IMG/VR virus record: IMGVR_UViG_3300035703_004076
Span: 4,181-68,180 of that record
Length of the DNA stretch: 64,000 bases
Reading direction: 5' to 3' (one strand)
Source of the DNA: a virus
Part shown: positions 18,422 through 28,100 of the stretch, piece by piece
Position numbering within the stretch: the stretch's first letter is position 1
Layout of the letters: each line of letters starts with the position of its first letter
Translations under genes and position numbers: made by a program
Notes under the pieces: generated by a model
The model's database searches: none
What the model saw: only the letters and a program-made list of their open reading frames with translations
Told to the model about the DNA's origin: nothing

Positions 18422-19861
18422 CTATGCCACTGAACTCATTCCACCGTCGGTGATAGTCCAACCCCCACCGCCGTTGGCTATAGTATTAGTCAAGTAATTT
18501 CGTGCAGACTGTCCTGAGGTGAAACCAATGCTGATAATTGAATAGTTTTTGCTATACTTGACTGTTCCTGCTCCAAAAGTTCTGCTCTTAGGATAGACAC
18601 CTTGAAATACTTTGTCTGCCCAACTCATGAGGGTTCTTGAATAGTTCTCTGGACTAATCGCCGTTCCAGCAATCATATTGGTCATGTTTGTCACACTATT
18701 AAGCTCTAGCTCACCTACAGTCTGATTAAATGATGTTGCATTATTCAGCATACTTGACATAGTAGTAACATTACTTGTGTTCCATGTGCCTATCGGTTGA
18801 TTAAATGATACTGCACCGTCGAACATATAACTCATATTTGTCACACCGCCAGTGTTCCATGAACTCAAAGGCTGATTAAATGCTCTCGCATCTTCAAACA
18901 TACCACTCATATTTGTCACACCGCTAGTGTTCCATGAATTCAAAGGTTGATTAAATGATTCTGCACCAGCAAACATATAAGAAAGATTTGAAGCACTACT
19001 AAGATTCCAATTTGCTAGCGGCTGATTAAACATAAAAGCAAACTCAAACATGGAATATATGGTAGTGACTTTACTAACATCCCAAGAATTTATGTTCTGA
19101 TTGAACGCCTCAGTGTAATTAAACATCCAACTCATGTCGGTGACGTTTCCTGTATTCCATGTGCCTATAGGCTGATTAAACGCAGGTGTACTTTCAAACA
19201 TACCGCTCATGTTTACAACTTTGCTTGTATCCCACGATCCTATAGGCTGATTGAAAGATTCTGCTGCCAAAAACATATAACTCATGTTAGTGACGTTTCC
19301 TGTATTCCATGTGCCTATAGGCTGATTAAACAAATATGCGTAACTAAACATCTGTGACATATCAGTGACGTTACTTGTGTCCCATGAACTGATATTTTGA
19401 TTGAATGATGAGCATCGACCAAACAATCCCGATAAGTTTGTAAATTGAGATGGTAGTGAACCGGGCACTGAAGATATGGATGAGTTGTAGCAAAACCCCT
19501 TTAGACTTGTCCATCCAGGAATACTACCCCAACTAATTACACTTCTCAACTTTTTATGAATTGAACTTGATGAGAATGTTTGATTTGGACTTATACACGC
19601 ACCTGTGCTGAATTTTCCTCTGACTTTTATTCGATAGATGCCACCAGCGGAGTAAGTTTTTGTCTTTACGCCGAATGTCGTGAATTGTTGTGCTGTGCCG
19701 TCACCCCATTCGATACTAAAACTTGGTGTTCCAGTTCCTGTAAAGTTTATCTCGTATGTAAGACCAGAACTAAGCGATGTGTCTATCTCTATGATGAGTG
19801 CCGGGGTAGAATTGACTTCATGAAAAAATTGCGTTCCTCCAGGCGTAAAAGATAGAGGCAT
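18422..19861 (-). CDS. BspA-like/DUF285 (PARCEL, 25-aa repeat) surface protein, putative adhesin
   Basis: ~10 repeats of FNQPIGxWNTSNVTNMSxMF; N-terminal PKD-like IEWGDGT..KTY..GIY; N-terminus MPLSF. Confidence 0.88.
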   Translation of the reverse strand: MPLSFTPGGTQFFHEVNSTPALIIEIDTSLSSGLTYEINFTGTGTPSFSIEWGDGTAQQFTTFGVKTKTYSAGGIYRIKVRGKFSTGACISPNQTFSSSSIHKKLRSVISWGSIPGWTSLKGFCYNSSISSVPGSLPSQFTNLSGLFGRCSSFNQNISSWDTSNVTDMSQMFSYAYLFNQPIGTWNTGNVTNMSYMFLAAESFNQPIGSWDTSKVVNMSGMFESTPAFNQPIGTWNTGNVTDMSWMFNYTEAFNQNINSWDVSKVTTIYSMFEFAFMFNQPLANWNLSSASNLSYMFAGAESFNQPLNSWNTSGVTNMSGMFEDARAFNQPLSSWNTGGVTNMSYMFDGAVSFNQPIGTWNTSNVTTMSSMLNNATSFNQTVGELELNSVTNMTNMIAGTAISPENYSRTLMSWADKVFQGVYPKSRTFGAGTVKYSKNYSIISIGFTSGQSARNYLTNTIANGGGGWTITDGGMSSVA

Positions 19862-19876
19862 ACAATACTCTCAACT

Positions 19877-21634
19877 CTAGCTAAAATTGGTTGTTGCCGA
19901 GCCGAACACTTGCACGGTTCCAGACTGATCTCGTATGATTAAGAAGCTAATAATATCAGTTCCGCTTGTTGCTGTAGGAACAATACCAGCACACCACTTG
20001 ATGCCACCAGAAACAGACGCACCATTAACTGTACAAGCATCTCCATATGTGTATGCAGTATTGCCAGACAACACAACAGAAACCATAGTGGATTTTCCAC
20101 TGTCAGTAGGAACATTAGTAAAGTCCCATAAAGTGACACTAGAATTCAGTGTGCCCAAAACGCACGTTCCCAAAAGTGTGTTAATAGTTAATGTACCAGA
20201 TGTCGGCGCAAGTGTAGTATTAAAACTGTTTGCAACATTTTCAACAAAGCGTCTTGTGCTTATTGTTCCGTCGGGCTTAATGTATGTAACGACACTATCT
20301 GTGCTGTCTCTAAGCTCTAGTAAGTTTGCAGATTGTAGAGTAGCACCTTTAATAATGAGTGGTTGATTTGCGGGATCTGAAACTTCAAGTGTATTTGTAC
20401 TAACGAATTCTGTTCCATTATGAGCAAGAAATTGTCCTTGTGTTGCATTGAGTCCGGGCACTACTGCAATAGGCTTATCGACAAGATCGTTGTATGAACC
20501 AGATATAGAAACATCAGCTAAAGTTGGTGTGTCACTAAGATTCAGATATGAGCCCGAGAGAGCAACATCGGCTAATGTGGGTGTGTTTGTAAGATCGTTG
20601 TAGTCTCCACTGAATAGTGTGGGTGTGTTTGTAAGATCGTTGTAGTCTCCACTGAACAGCACCGGCGTATCAACTAAATCTTCGTATGAACCACTGGTAG
20701 CAACTGAAGCAAGATCAGGTGTATTGATCAAGTCGTCGTATGAACCACTGGTAGCAACTGAAGCAAGATCAGGTGTATTGATCAAGTCGTCGTATGAACC
20801 ACTGGTTGCGACACTAGCTAGACTTGACGAATCTGCTTTTGTTGTTAAAATTTGATCAATCTCAGCAACATCACTTTCTAATACAGAAACTCTATTTGTT
20901 ATTGAAGATATACTAGAGTCAATCGCAACAACATTCGACTCTAACGTAGACACTCTAATGTCAAGAGCAGAAACATCAGACTCTACAGCACCAATTTGTC
21001 CAGCAACTGTTGTTGCAAAGTTTGCATCATCTCCTAACGCAGCGGCAAGCTCATTCAGCGTGTCAAGAACTCCAGGTGGGCTATCAAGTATTTCATTTTT
21101 AAGATTGCTTAATTGGGTTTGAACCCAAGTTCTGGGAGCACTTGTGTTCTTTAAGAATTCTACTTCATCAAACAGACTTGGATATGATCCGCCTAAAGAC
21201 AAAATATCACCAACGTCTCTGTTTTTCCACCCCTCAGATGTATACGCCAATACTTGCCCAGCAGCAAGAGTTTCATTGTTTATGGTCACATCTTGAATGT
21301 TTGCCACACTCGGAACAGACGAGTTGAGAAGCTCTTTGCCCAAATACACAACGTATATTTCTACGTTGCCTATGGTCTGATCGGAGTCTTCTATTGCATC
21401 AAGATCAATTTTGAATCTGATTTTTTGTGAAAATCCTTCTTTGACAATCACATAATCTTTTACTGGTTGTAAAAGAATCTTATCGCACACAACAAAGATG
21501 GAAGATTCGTTCGATACTCTCTGAGTGAGTGTGTATGTATTTACTACACTCTCTGTAATAGGATCATACTCAAGAGTAATTTTCTGGCGTTCAAACGAGC
21601 CGTATTGTATGTTTTCTCCAATATACTTGCCCAT
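19877..21634 (-). CDS. Fibre protein ending in a WxxGxxPT domain
   Basis: MGKYIG N-terminus, LDTLNELAAALG, SGSYDDL repeats; C-terminal ~125 aa homologous to the internal domain of the 1306-aa fibre. Confidence 0.78.
   Translation of the reverse strand: MGKYIGENIQYGSFERQKITLEYDPITESVVNTYTLTQRVSNESSIFVVCDKILLQPVKDYVIVKEGFSQKIRFKIDLDAIEDSDQTIGNVEIYVVYLGKELLNSSVPSVANIQDVTINNETLAAGQVLAYTSEGWKNRDVGDILSLGGSYPSLFDEVEFLKNTSAPRTWVQTQLSNLKNEILDSPPGVLDTLNELAAALGDDANFATTVAGQIGAVESDVSALDIRVSTLESNVVAIDSSISSITNRVSVLESDVAEIDQILTTKADSSSLASVATSGSYDDLINTPDLASVATSGSYDDLINTPDLASVATSGSYEDLVDTPVLFSGDYNDLTNTPTLFSGDYNDLTNTPTLADVALSGSYLNLSDTPTLADVSISGSYNDLVDKPIAVVPGLNATQGQFLAHNGTEFVSTNTLEVSDPANQPLIIKGATLQSANLLELRDSTDSVVTYIKPDGTISTRRFVENVANSFNTTLAPTSGTLTINTLLGTCVLGTLNSSVTLWDFTNVPTDSGKSTMVSVVLSGNTAYTYGDACTVNGASVSGGIKWCAGIVPTATSGTDIISFLIIRDQSGTVQVFGSATTNFS
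20576..20806. repeat. Near-perfect coding tandem repeats: 42 bp x~2 (20576-20656) and 54 bp x2.3 (20682-20806)
   Basis: Encode TPTLFSGDYNDLTN and DDLINTPDLASVATSGSY. Confidence 0.9.
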
Positions 21635-21637
21635 ATC

Positions 21638-24238
21638 TTATGCAGCCCTTATCATGTAATTTACAACTAAGTATGGCACTGTAGCAGAGCCTGTTCTGTT
21701 TGAGCCATACGATGCGCCGCCAGTGACATCCGTCGATTGTGCTGTTGTTGTAAGATTTGAGTTACCTTCAGGTGATGATGTTGCCGTGCCTATAAAGCCA
21801 GAAAATGATGATGCTGCGTGGTCGTGCGCTCCAGAAGATAACGAATTGACTCGATCTAAAGATGTGCTGGGAATACTAAACGTATGTTTGTGTGACAGAT
21901 TGTTATATGCTCCAGAAACTATAGCTGTTGTTGAAGCGTCTGTCTGTGTTGGAATAAAAAATGTATGTCCGTGTGCTACCGCGGATGCACCTTGAGTGCT
22001 CCCCCAACAAGAACCAGAAACAGAAACACTAAACGTATGTTGATGACCATTTCCTGTTGTTCCACTATCAAACGCCGATACTCCGATTCCTCCGGATGCA
22101 GCACCAACCCGCCGAGCCGGCGAAGAGTTGGTGTCTGTTGTTCCAGATCCAGAAGCACTAGCTGAACCATAGAACGCATGAGAATGATCTACACCACCAT
22201 TGTCTGTGGTATATTTTGAAGATGCGTTGCCGTGTCCGTGCGTCAAATAGTGCTGATGATCTATTGGCGTATCATTTGTTTGAAGTGTGCCTTGATTGTG
22301 TGCGTGAGTAATGTCTGTTGAGTGTGCGCCAGATGAAGAGATACTAAGACTGCCGGCAGCAGTAGGATTGATGGTGTGTTTGTGGCCAGGTATTGTGTGT
22401 GTATGACTGATGGTGTGAGTGTGCTCTGCGCCAGTGTGAGTGTGCTCAAATAATCTTTGTGTGGGAGTTGCTTGCCCTTCGCTTGCACCCAGCAAATCGC
22501 CAGATGATTTTCCAACGGCTGCTCGCCGTCGTAAATCTGGAATTGAGAACGACGTGTCAGTACATGAGCCCCAAGGCCAGCCAGCAGCTCTTTGTGTTTC
22601 TCCACCCAAAGCAGTATACAAATCAGGATAACGAGAGCGTTCAAGTGTTCTGCCGTCGCATAAGATCCACTCGCCATATGTCGTTGAAACTGGTGGCGTA
22701 GGGCCGGCAGTAGGTACTATAGTTCCAATAGGGATCAAAAATTTAACAATCTCATTTACTTTTGTTTCAAGATCATCAACATCCTTTCTGAGATCAGATA
22801 CGTCTGTGTTATCGATTGTTCCCGTGATCTTGATGTTACCTGTAACTTCGATGCTCTCTACTTCAATATCTTTTAGATAGCCAGTACCTTTTATGTGCAA
22901 GTCTTGATACTTGTTACTTGCGGTACCTAACGAAACATTAGTTGACGTATTGCTAGGTGATATGTCCGTAGCCGTGAATTTATGTACTTGTGTTCCAGAT
23001 ACAATCTCTATGCTTCCGGATGACTTGAGTTGAGTGTCGTTTGTGGTTTGATTGAGACTAAGAACTTGTATCTCCTCCGTCTCTGTAGTTGAAAAGCGAA
23101 GTGCTTGAGTTTTTGGTATAAGAATCTTAGAACCAGTTACTGAGTTGTCTTTTATTTTTACAGTAGTGACTGCATCTTGAGAGAGTTTGTCTGCCGTTAC
23201 TGATCCCGATCTAATAAACTTTTCATCTTGTCCGGGAGCAAATGAAGCTCTTCTCGCTATTGTACTGAATGTTAAGTGTAACACTCGCACTGTAACTGGC
23301 ACAGAAGCTGCATTAGTAAACAGAGAAGATTTTAGTGTTATTGTCTGTGTTGTGCCATTTGCGGAGTTGAGCGTCCACGTTCCTGGATTTGTCTGATCAG
23401 TCAAATTTGGATCTTTCTGCTTCATCTCATTAGTGCTAGTTTGAATAGCACCATCAATAGTGACTAACAGAGTTGAGGCTACTGGCGCAACCTGACTTAA
23501 CGTAAGAGTTTTTTCGCCGGTAGTATTGTATGTCTCAACATCAACCGCAAAGTTTCTTAAATTTGGAGACAGCTGTTCTGGACCAACAGAGAATGGAGAC
23601 GGAACAAAGTTGTATGTACCTTCGCCTCGATGTAGAACGTACAGAACATCATTTATGGTAGGAACAAGGTCTTTGATTTCTATCTTTCTGTTTGTGAAAC
23701 CTAGTGTTGATATGATTTCATACTGACTTTCTGGATCCAGAATTTCCCAAGGACCATAGTGCTGGCGCTCAAGTTTCTTTATTGTGGTTCCCACTTCGAT
23801 GTACTTAATATCGTCAACAGTGCCAAAAATTGTGATAGTGATCGAATCTCGGGTGTATACAACACTTTCTACGGGAAAAACATCCGTTGTAGAATTATCA
23901 GCATATGTTAGCTTTAGTGAATCGCCATCTTGTGTATCTTCAGCACTGTTGGGTGTTATGATAGAAAGTGCCGCAGCTAAGTGATTGTCATACACAATAA
24001 TTTGAGATTGTGTTTCACTCTTCAAAGGGTCTGGATGTTTTATAAATTGAATGAGATCGGTATTCTCAACTAGAGAATCTGTCAAAAATCTGCGACGAAC
24101 TACACAAACGTTTATGCCTTCTCCACCAGGCACTTCTTGTGAAAGTTCAAACACCGTCTTGATGCCATCAGGTATTAAGTCGTCTCGGACATTAGACGCA
24201 AGAAGAAGAGGTGTTTTTGCATTTCCAATATATGACAT
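21638..24238 (-). CDS. Tail-collar-domain fibre (gp12-like short tail fibre analogue)
   Basis: IPIGTIVP..W.LCDGR...YPDLY..LG..F.IPDLR collar domain; HxH repeats; PYLVVNYMIRA end. Confidence 0.85.
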   Translation of the reverse strand: MSYIGNAKTPLLLASNVRDDLIPDGIKTVFELSQEVPGGEGINVCVVRRRFLTDSLVENTDLIQFIKHPDPLKSETQSQIIVYDNHLAAALSIITPNSAEDTQDGDSLKLTYADNSTTDVFPVESVVYTRDSITITIFGTVDDIKYIEVGTTIKKLERQHYGPWEILDPESQYEIISTLGFTNRKIEIKDLVPTINDVLYVLHRGEGTYNFVPSPFSVGPEQLSPNLRNFAVDVETYNTTGEKTLTLSQVAPVASTLLVTIDGAIQTSTNEMKQKDPNLTDQTNPGTWTLNSANGTTQTITLKSSLFTNAASVPVTVRVLHLTFSTIARRASFAPGQDEKFIRSGSVTADKLSQDAVTTVKIKDNSVTGSKILIPKTQALRFSTTETEEIQVLSLNQTTNDTQLKSSGSIEIVSGTQVHKFTATDISPSNTSTNVSLGTASNKYQDLHIKGTGYLKDIEVESIEVTGNIKITGTIDNTDVSDLRKDVDDLETKVNEIVKFLIPIGTIVPTAGPTPPVSTTYGEWILCDGRTLERSRYPDLYTALGGETQRAAGWPWGSCTDTSFSIPDLRRRAAVGKSSGDLLGASEGQATPTQRLFEHTHTGAEHTHTISHTHTIPGHKHTINPTAAGSLSISSSGAHSTDITHAHNQGTLQTNDTPIDHQHYLTHGHGNASSKYTTDNGGVDHSHAFYGSASASGSGTTDTNSSPARRVGAASGGIGVSAFDSGTTGNGHQHTFSVSVSGSCWGSTQGASAVAHGHTFFIPTQTDASTTAIVSGAYNNLSHKHTFSIPSTSLDRVNSLSSGAHDHAASSFSGFIGTATSSPEGNSNLTTTAQSTDVTGGASYGSNRTGSATVPYLVVNYMIRAA

Positions 24239-24244
24239 GGTTTA

Positions 24245-24619
24245 CTATTCTTCTAAATTGACATGATCAACATGAGATACAATGACATCAACAGTCTGTC
24301 CTTCAGTTTCACACGCCACTTGAAGCACATCATTCTCTTGAAGAACTAATTTTTGTCCATCAATAATCTGTAATGTGGAGCCTTGAGGTACTGGAGCTTT
24401 CTTTACTAAGTATGCTGATGTTAAACCTCTTGTTATTTTCACAGACACCTGAACGCCAGTGTCGCTCGTGTTTGCAATATCGCACTGCAACAAGTATGAA
24501 TTTTGTGCGGCGCCCGTAACGACATTCTCAAATTGAACTTGAACTTCATTACCTATAGTTACCGTTGCGTGTGTGACGGTGTTTAGTGTGCTCTTAAATG
24601 TTCCTGCCAAGTTTGACAT
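24245..24619 (-). CDS. Small beta-rich virion adaptor-like protein
   Basis: MSN..TFKS..IAN..YLVKKAPVP.GSTL....KLVL...D.L.V pattern; lies in the fibre operon. Confidence 0.65.
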   Translation of the reverse strand: MSNLAGTFKSTLNTVTHATVTIGNEVQVQFENVVTGAAQNSYLLQCDIANTSDTGVQVSVKITRGLTSAYLVKKAPVPQGSTLQIIDGQKLVLQENDVLQVACETEGQTVDVIVSHVDHVNLEE

Positions 24620-24623
24620 AATA

Positions 24624-24887
24624 CTAACTCATTCCTATAGACTTCACTAAAAGGTGTCGTAATCTTTTTTGTGTACTGTTGTAAGTCTCTTTGATTGCGG
24701 TTGTTAGGTCTTCGATGTGTTCTGTAGGATCTGTTATTTGTTCAGCCGCTCTATACGTCTCATTCAACTCTTCAGGAAGATTATTAAGGTCACCTACTTC
24801 AGTTGAAATGACGTTTGTGATTTGACGCCAAATATCAAAGTTGTGATACTCATCGACTATCTTTTCAGGTAATGTTTTATGACCCAT
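24624..24887 (-). CDS. Short helical virion protein (FDxWRxxTN motif)
   Basis: FDIWRQITN motif typical of baseplate-attached fibre N-termini; hydrophobic C-terminal LLVKSIGMS. Confidence 0.6.
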   Translation of the reverse strand: MGHKTLPEKIVDEYHNFDIWRQITNVISTEVGDLNNLPEELNETYRAAEQITDPTEHIEDLTTAIKETYNSTQKRLRHLLVKSIGMS

Positions 24888-25119
24888 GCTTTAGCAACTC
24901 CAAAATTTGATTGATGCCTTCTTTAAGAGTCTTGACATCTTGCTCCAAATTATTTAGTCGAGATTCCTTTCTGCGCTCTTCTTCAGCTTTTTTCTTTGCA
25001 AATTCTTTGGATTGCTTATGCTTGATGTATGCTGAATTATCCAAATTGACAACGGCGCCAGTTTCAGAATCTCTGAACAACCCATCAGCTTCTTGTACTC
25101 GAAGATACTTTGGTTTCAT
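24877..25119 (-). CDS. Conserved small T4-like protein (LxRDxxTGAVVNxD + coiled coil)
   Basis: GLFRDSETGAVVNLDNSAY motif; abuts the 2962-aa gene; start moved to MKPK. Confidence 0.75.
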   Translation of the reverse strand: MKPKYLRVQEADGLFRDSETGAVVNLDNSAYIKHKQSKEFAKKKAEEERRKESRLNNLEQDVKTLKEGINQILELLKHGS

Positions 25120-25120
25120 A

Positions 25121-28100
25121 CTATTCCTCAACAGCAATAATACTCAGATTCTTGATTTTTGGATACAAAGGAGTATGACCTCCTCGCAACACAATCTTAA
25201 CTTGTGCCATCGTGAATGGCTGAATACGAAGTGCGTTTGCTTCGTAAGCACTAAACGACGACGATGTTGAGTTCTCTGTAGGCGTTGTGTACTCTAACAC
25301 ACCATTGGTTTCAATGCTGTATTCCATTTTTGTCCAATTCTTTTTGGCAAATGTTACATCATCCGTTTGTGATCCAATCTTATAGTACACATCAATGTTT
25401 GCGTGAGGTGGTCTGCATCCATCGAACTTAACTTTTAAGCAGTTTGCTGCCTGTGTTATGTTCATAACTCTCGACACATACTTCGATGCACACGACCCGC
25501 CTTCTGGTGCAATCTCATCAATGAAGTTATTGAGCTGAGTGATCTTGAATGTACTAGCAGAGAGCGCATTACATTCTAGTCTTTGTGCTGGTGTCAATTC
25601 CGCAGCAGATTCTGGCAATCGATGCTCAACAATAATTTCGCACAAACATATTGTAGGTGTGCCATACGCTTGAGATAAGTCGGTGTCTATCAAAGTTGAT
25701 GTTGGTGTGTAATTAACCCCCAATATCTTCTTGTTCACGAAATTTCTATTATTCGTGGACGCACCTTCAACAGTCAAATACTTACCGACATCAAGCGATG
25801 ACAAATGGGCCGCAACGCTTGCGTCACCAGTCTTTAATCTCAAGAATGGTGGGTTGTAGAATAATGTGGATGTTCCTCCAGCATTAGAGCTGTTGGCTAT
25901 CTGCGACAGAGGAAACTCTTCATCAATATACATTTCTGTATCAGACACAATATCAACAATCGTTCTGCTTGAGTCTAATATAGGATGACGAATCGTATCT
26001 CCAATCTTCAGCTCTGATGTGAATAAAGAACCTACTCCAGTTACTTTCTTACCAAGATAATTGAAATCACTTCCAGTCAGTTTGTTGTCTGTGTCTGAGA
26101 AGTATATCTTGTTCACTAAAGTGCTAACAAGTGGTGTATTTGTTGTTGGCAAAATTTGAAGTGTATCAAATTTGCTGTTGTTGATGTTGTTTGATTCTGT
26201 TCCTGTTCCTACAGGATTGTCAAGTCTAACACCCTTTGTGTCGATTCCTATTCTCTCGCTATCAAGAACTGGCGATATAAAGTCGCTCTTAGAACTCATA
26301 TATGCAGTAATCTTAACCGAGTTTCTAGCTCCAGGAGAACGAGAAGCGTCGGTAAGTTTTAGCTCTTCATTGATTACAGAACAAAACATTGCCGACTTTG
26401 GCATAATCACATCCACGTTGTCTGTGAATGGCAAATCAGATATGGTCTCCCATGGAACAGACTCTGGATCATAAGCAGCTTTTGATGTTGTTCCATCAAA
26501 TGTCCACGTCAGAGTTGTGTCTGGTAATACGATAGGATTTGTTCTCAGCAAGAACTCTTCAAAACGAATGTTGCCTGAGGCAAGAACACTTCTTCCTCCT
26601 ACTTTACCAGATTCGGTTGCAGCAACACCAACATTAATTATGTAAGAATCTAGTGTTGGATTTTGAATTACATGACCTTCGGTTCTCATCAAGACTTGAT
26701 ATGGTATTCCATTGATTTCGCCACCAGTTGGCAATCCAACAAATCTCACATAACCACCGGCTGGTATGTTATGATTTCTGTGATACACTCGTATCTCAGT
26801 TTCGCCGGCTGCGGTTTCAAATGGATCAGAAATAAGAGCACTCAATGTCAACTTTTCGTTTATGAACTGTATTTCTGCATTTTGATTTGTGTTGAAACTT
26901 GCACGATATAGTTTGTATTTGAGATCGGCCTTTTGATCAGACTCCCAACTAATTCCGTTAATAGACTTGAATAGAACTCCGTCAGATCCTGGAATCGTAT
27001 TAAGTCGTGTCTGTGTGCCCAGAATGTAGTTGTAATCATCTTCGCCTTGTTCAAGTGGCTTTAACAGATGCACTGGCGTTGCATTTGGAGCATTGTTAAA
27101 TTGTGTTATAGGTGCCGCGCCAGTTTGTGCCATGTACACTTGATATGTTTGCTCAAGAGTTTCAATTCCTGTTCCAGGCGCTTGAATAGAGTCAGTCAAC
27201 AACACAAAACAGTAGTTAGAGTTGTTACCGGGCAGGTATACAGGATGATCCAACACAAATCGAGTAGGAATCATATCATCACAAGGAGCTGCAACACCAT
27301 TCACAGTCGTAAAAGGAAATGCTACGCCATGTTGAATTGTGTTTGTGTTTTTGCCAGATAGCTGATTTGCCGACATAACACGATATATGTCTGTCTTAGT
27401 GGTATCATAAGGCGCCGCGGGTCCCCATGCACCCTTGTTGAATCCTAAAATTCCTCCAGAATCTGATGCTGAACGTCCAAGAACGGTGACCGTTTGTGCT
27501 TTCAGATCAATCTTATTGACAATAACATCAGCAGAATCCAACACAACTTCGTGCATGAGCTTGATGCTTGGATTTCCACCATCATCAACTGGTCGAATCT
27601 GTAAAATTACAGGAAGTGTAGGATCTTTAGAGTAGAAGAATACGTCAACAGCAGTCAAAAATATTCCTGTAGGTTCACTAACAGTCCAGCTTTGTGCTAA
27701 CGGATCTCTAGGTGCTACGTTTCCAGCACTATTGAATGTGTCTTGTAATGTTACTGGCGTTCTTTCACCTTCTACATACTCTTCACTAACTTTGAATTGT
27801 TTTGTTGAGTATTGTTGCTCTTGTTTTGTGTCAATCCAACCCGTAGCAGAGTATTTTGCGTCGGCCCTGGATACTGTAGGCAACTCTTCGTTTGTTGATG
27901 AGTTGGTTAGTCTGAATACTCTGTCGCCGGTTCTGAATTTAGGATTTCCATCTACTTTAGGATCAGGAATAATAAACTTACCTTTAATAGTTCCTGTAGA
28001 ATCACACTTCAATGTTAGTGCAGGTTGCGTCAAGTCTTTGTCTGTCGCAGCCTTTTTAATCTTCAACTCAAACGTAGCGTCTATTGGTGTATCGCCAAAC

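Noticed and set aside
18720-20806. Repeat arrays as possible CRISPR
   Set aside because: Periods are multiples of 3 within ORFs, with no unique spacers
3303-24238. Diversity-generating retroelement or invertible fibre cassette
   Set aside because: No reverse transcriptase or invertase in the window; repeat differences are not adenine-specific and all copies are in-frame coding
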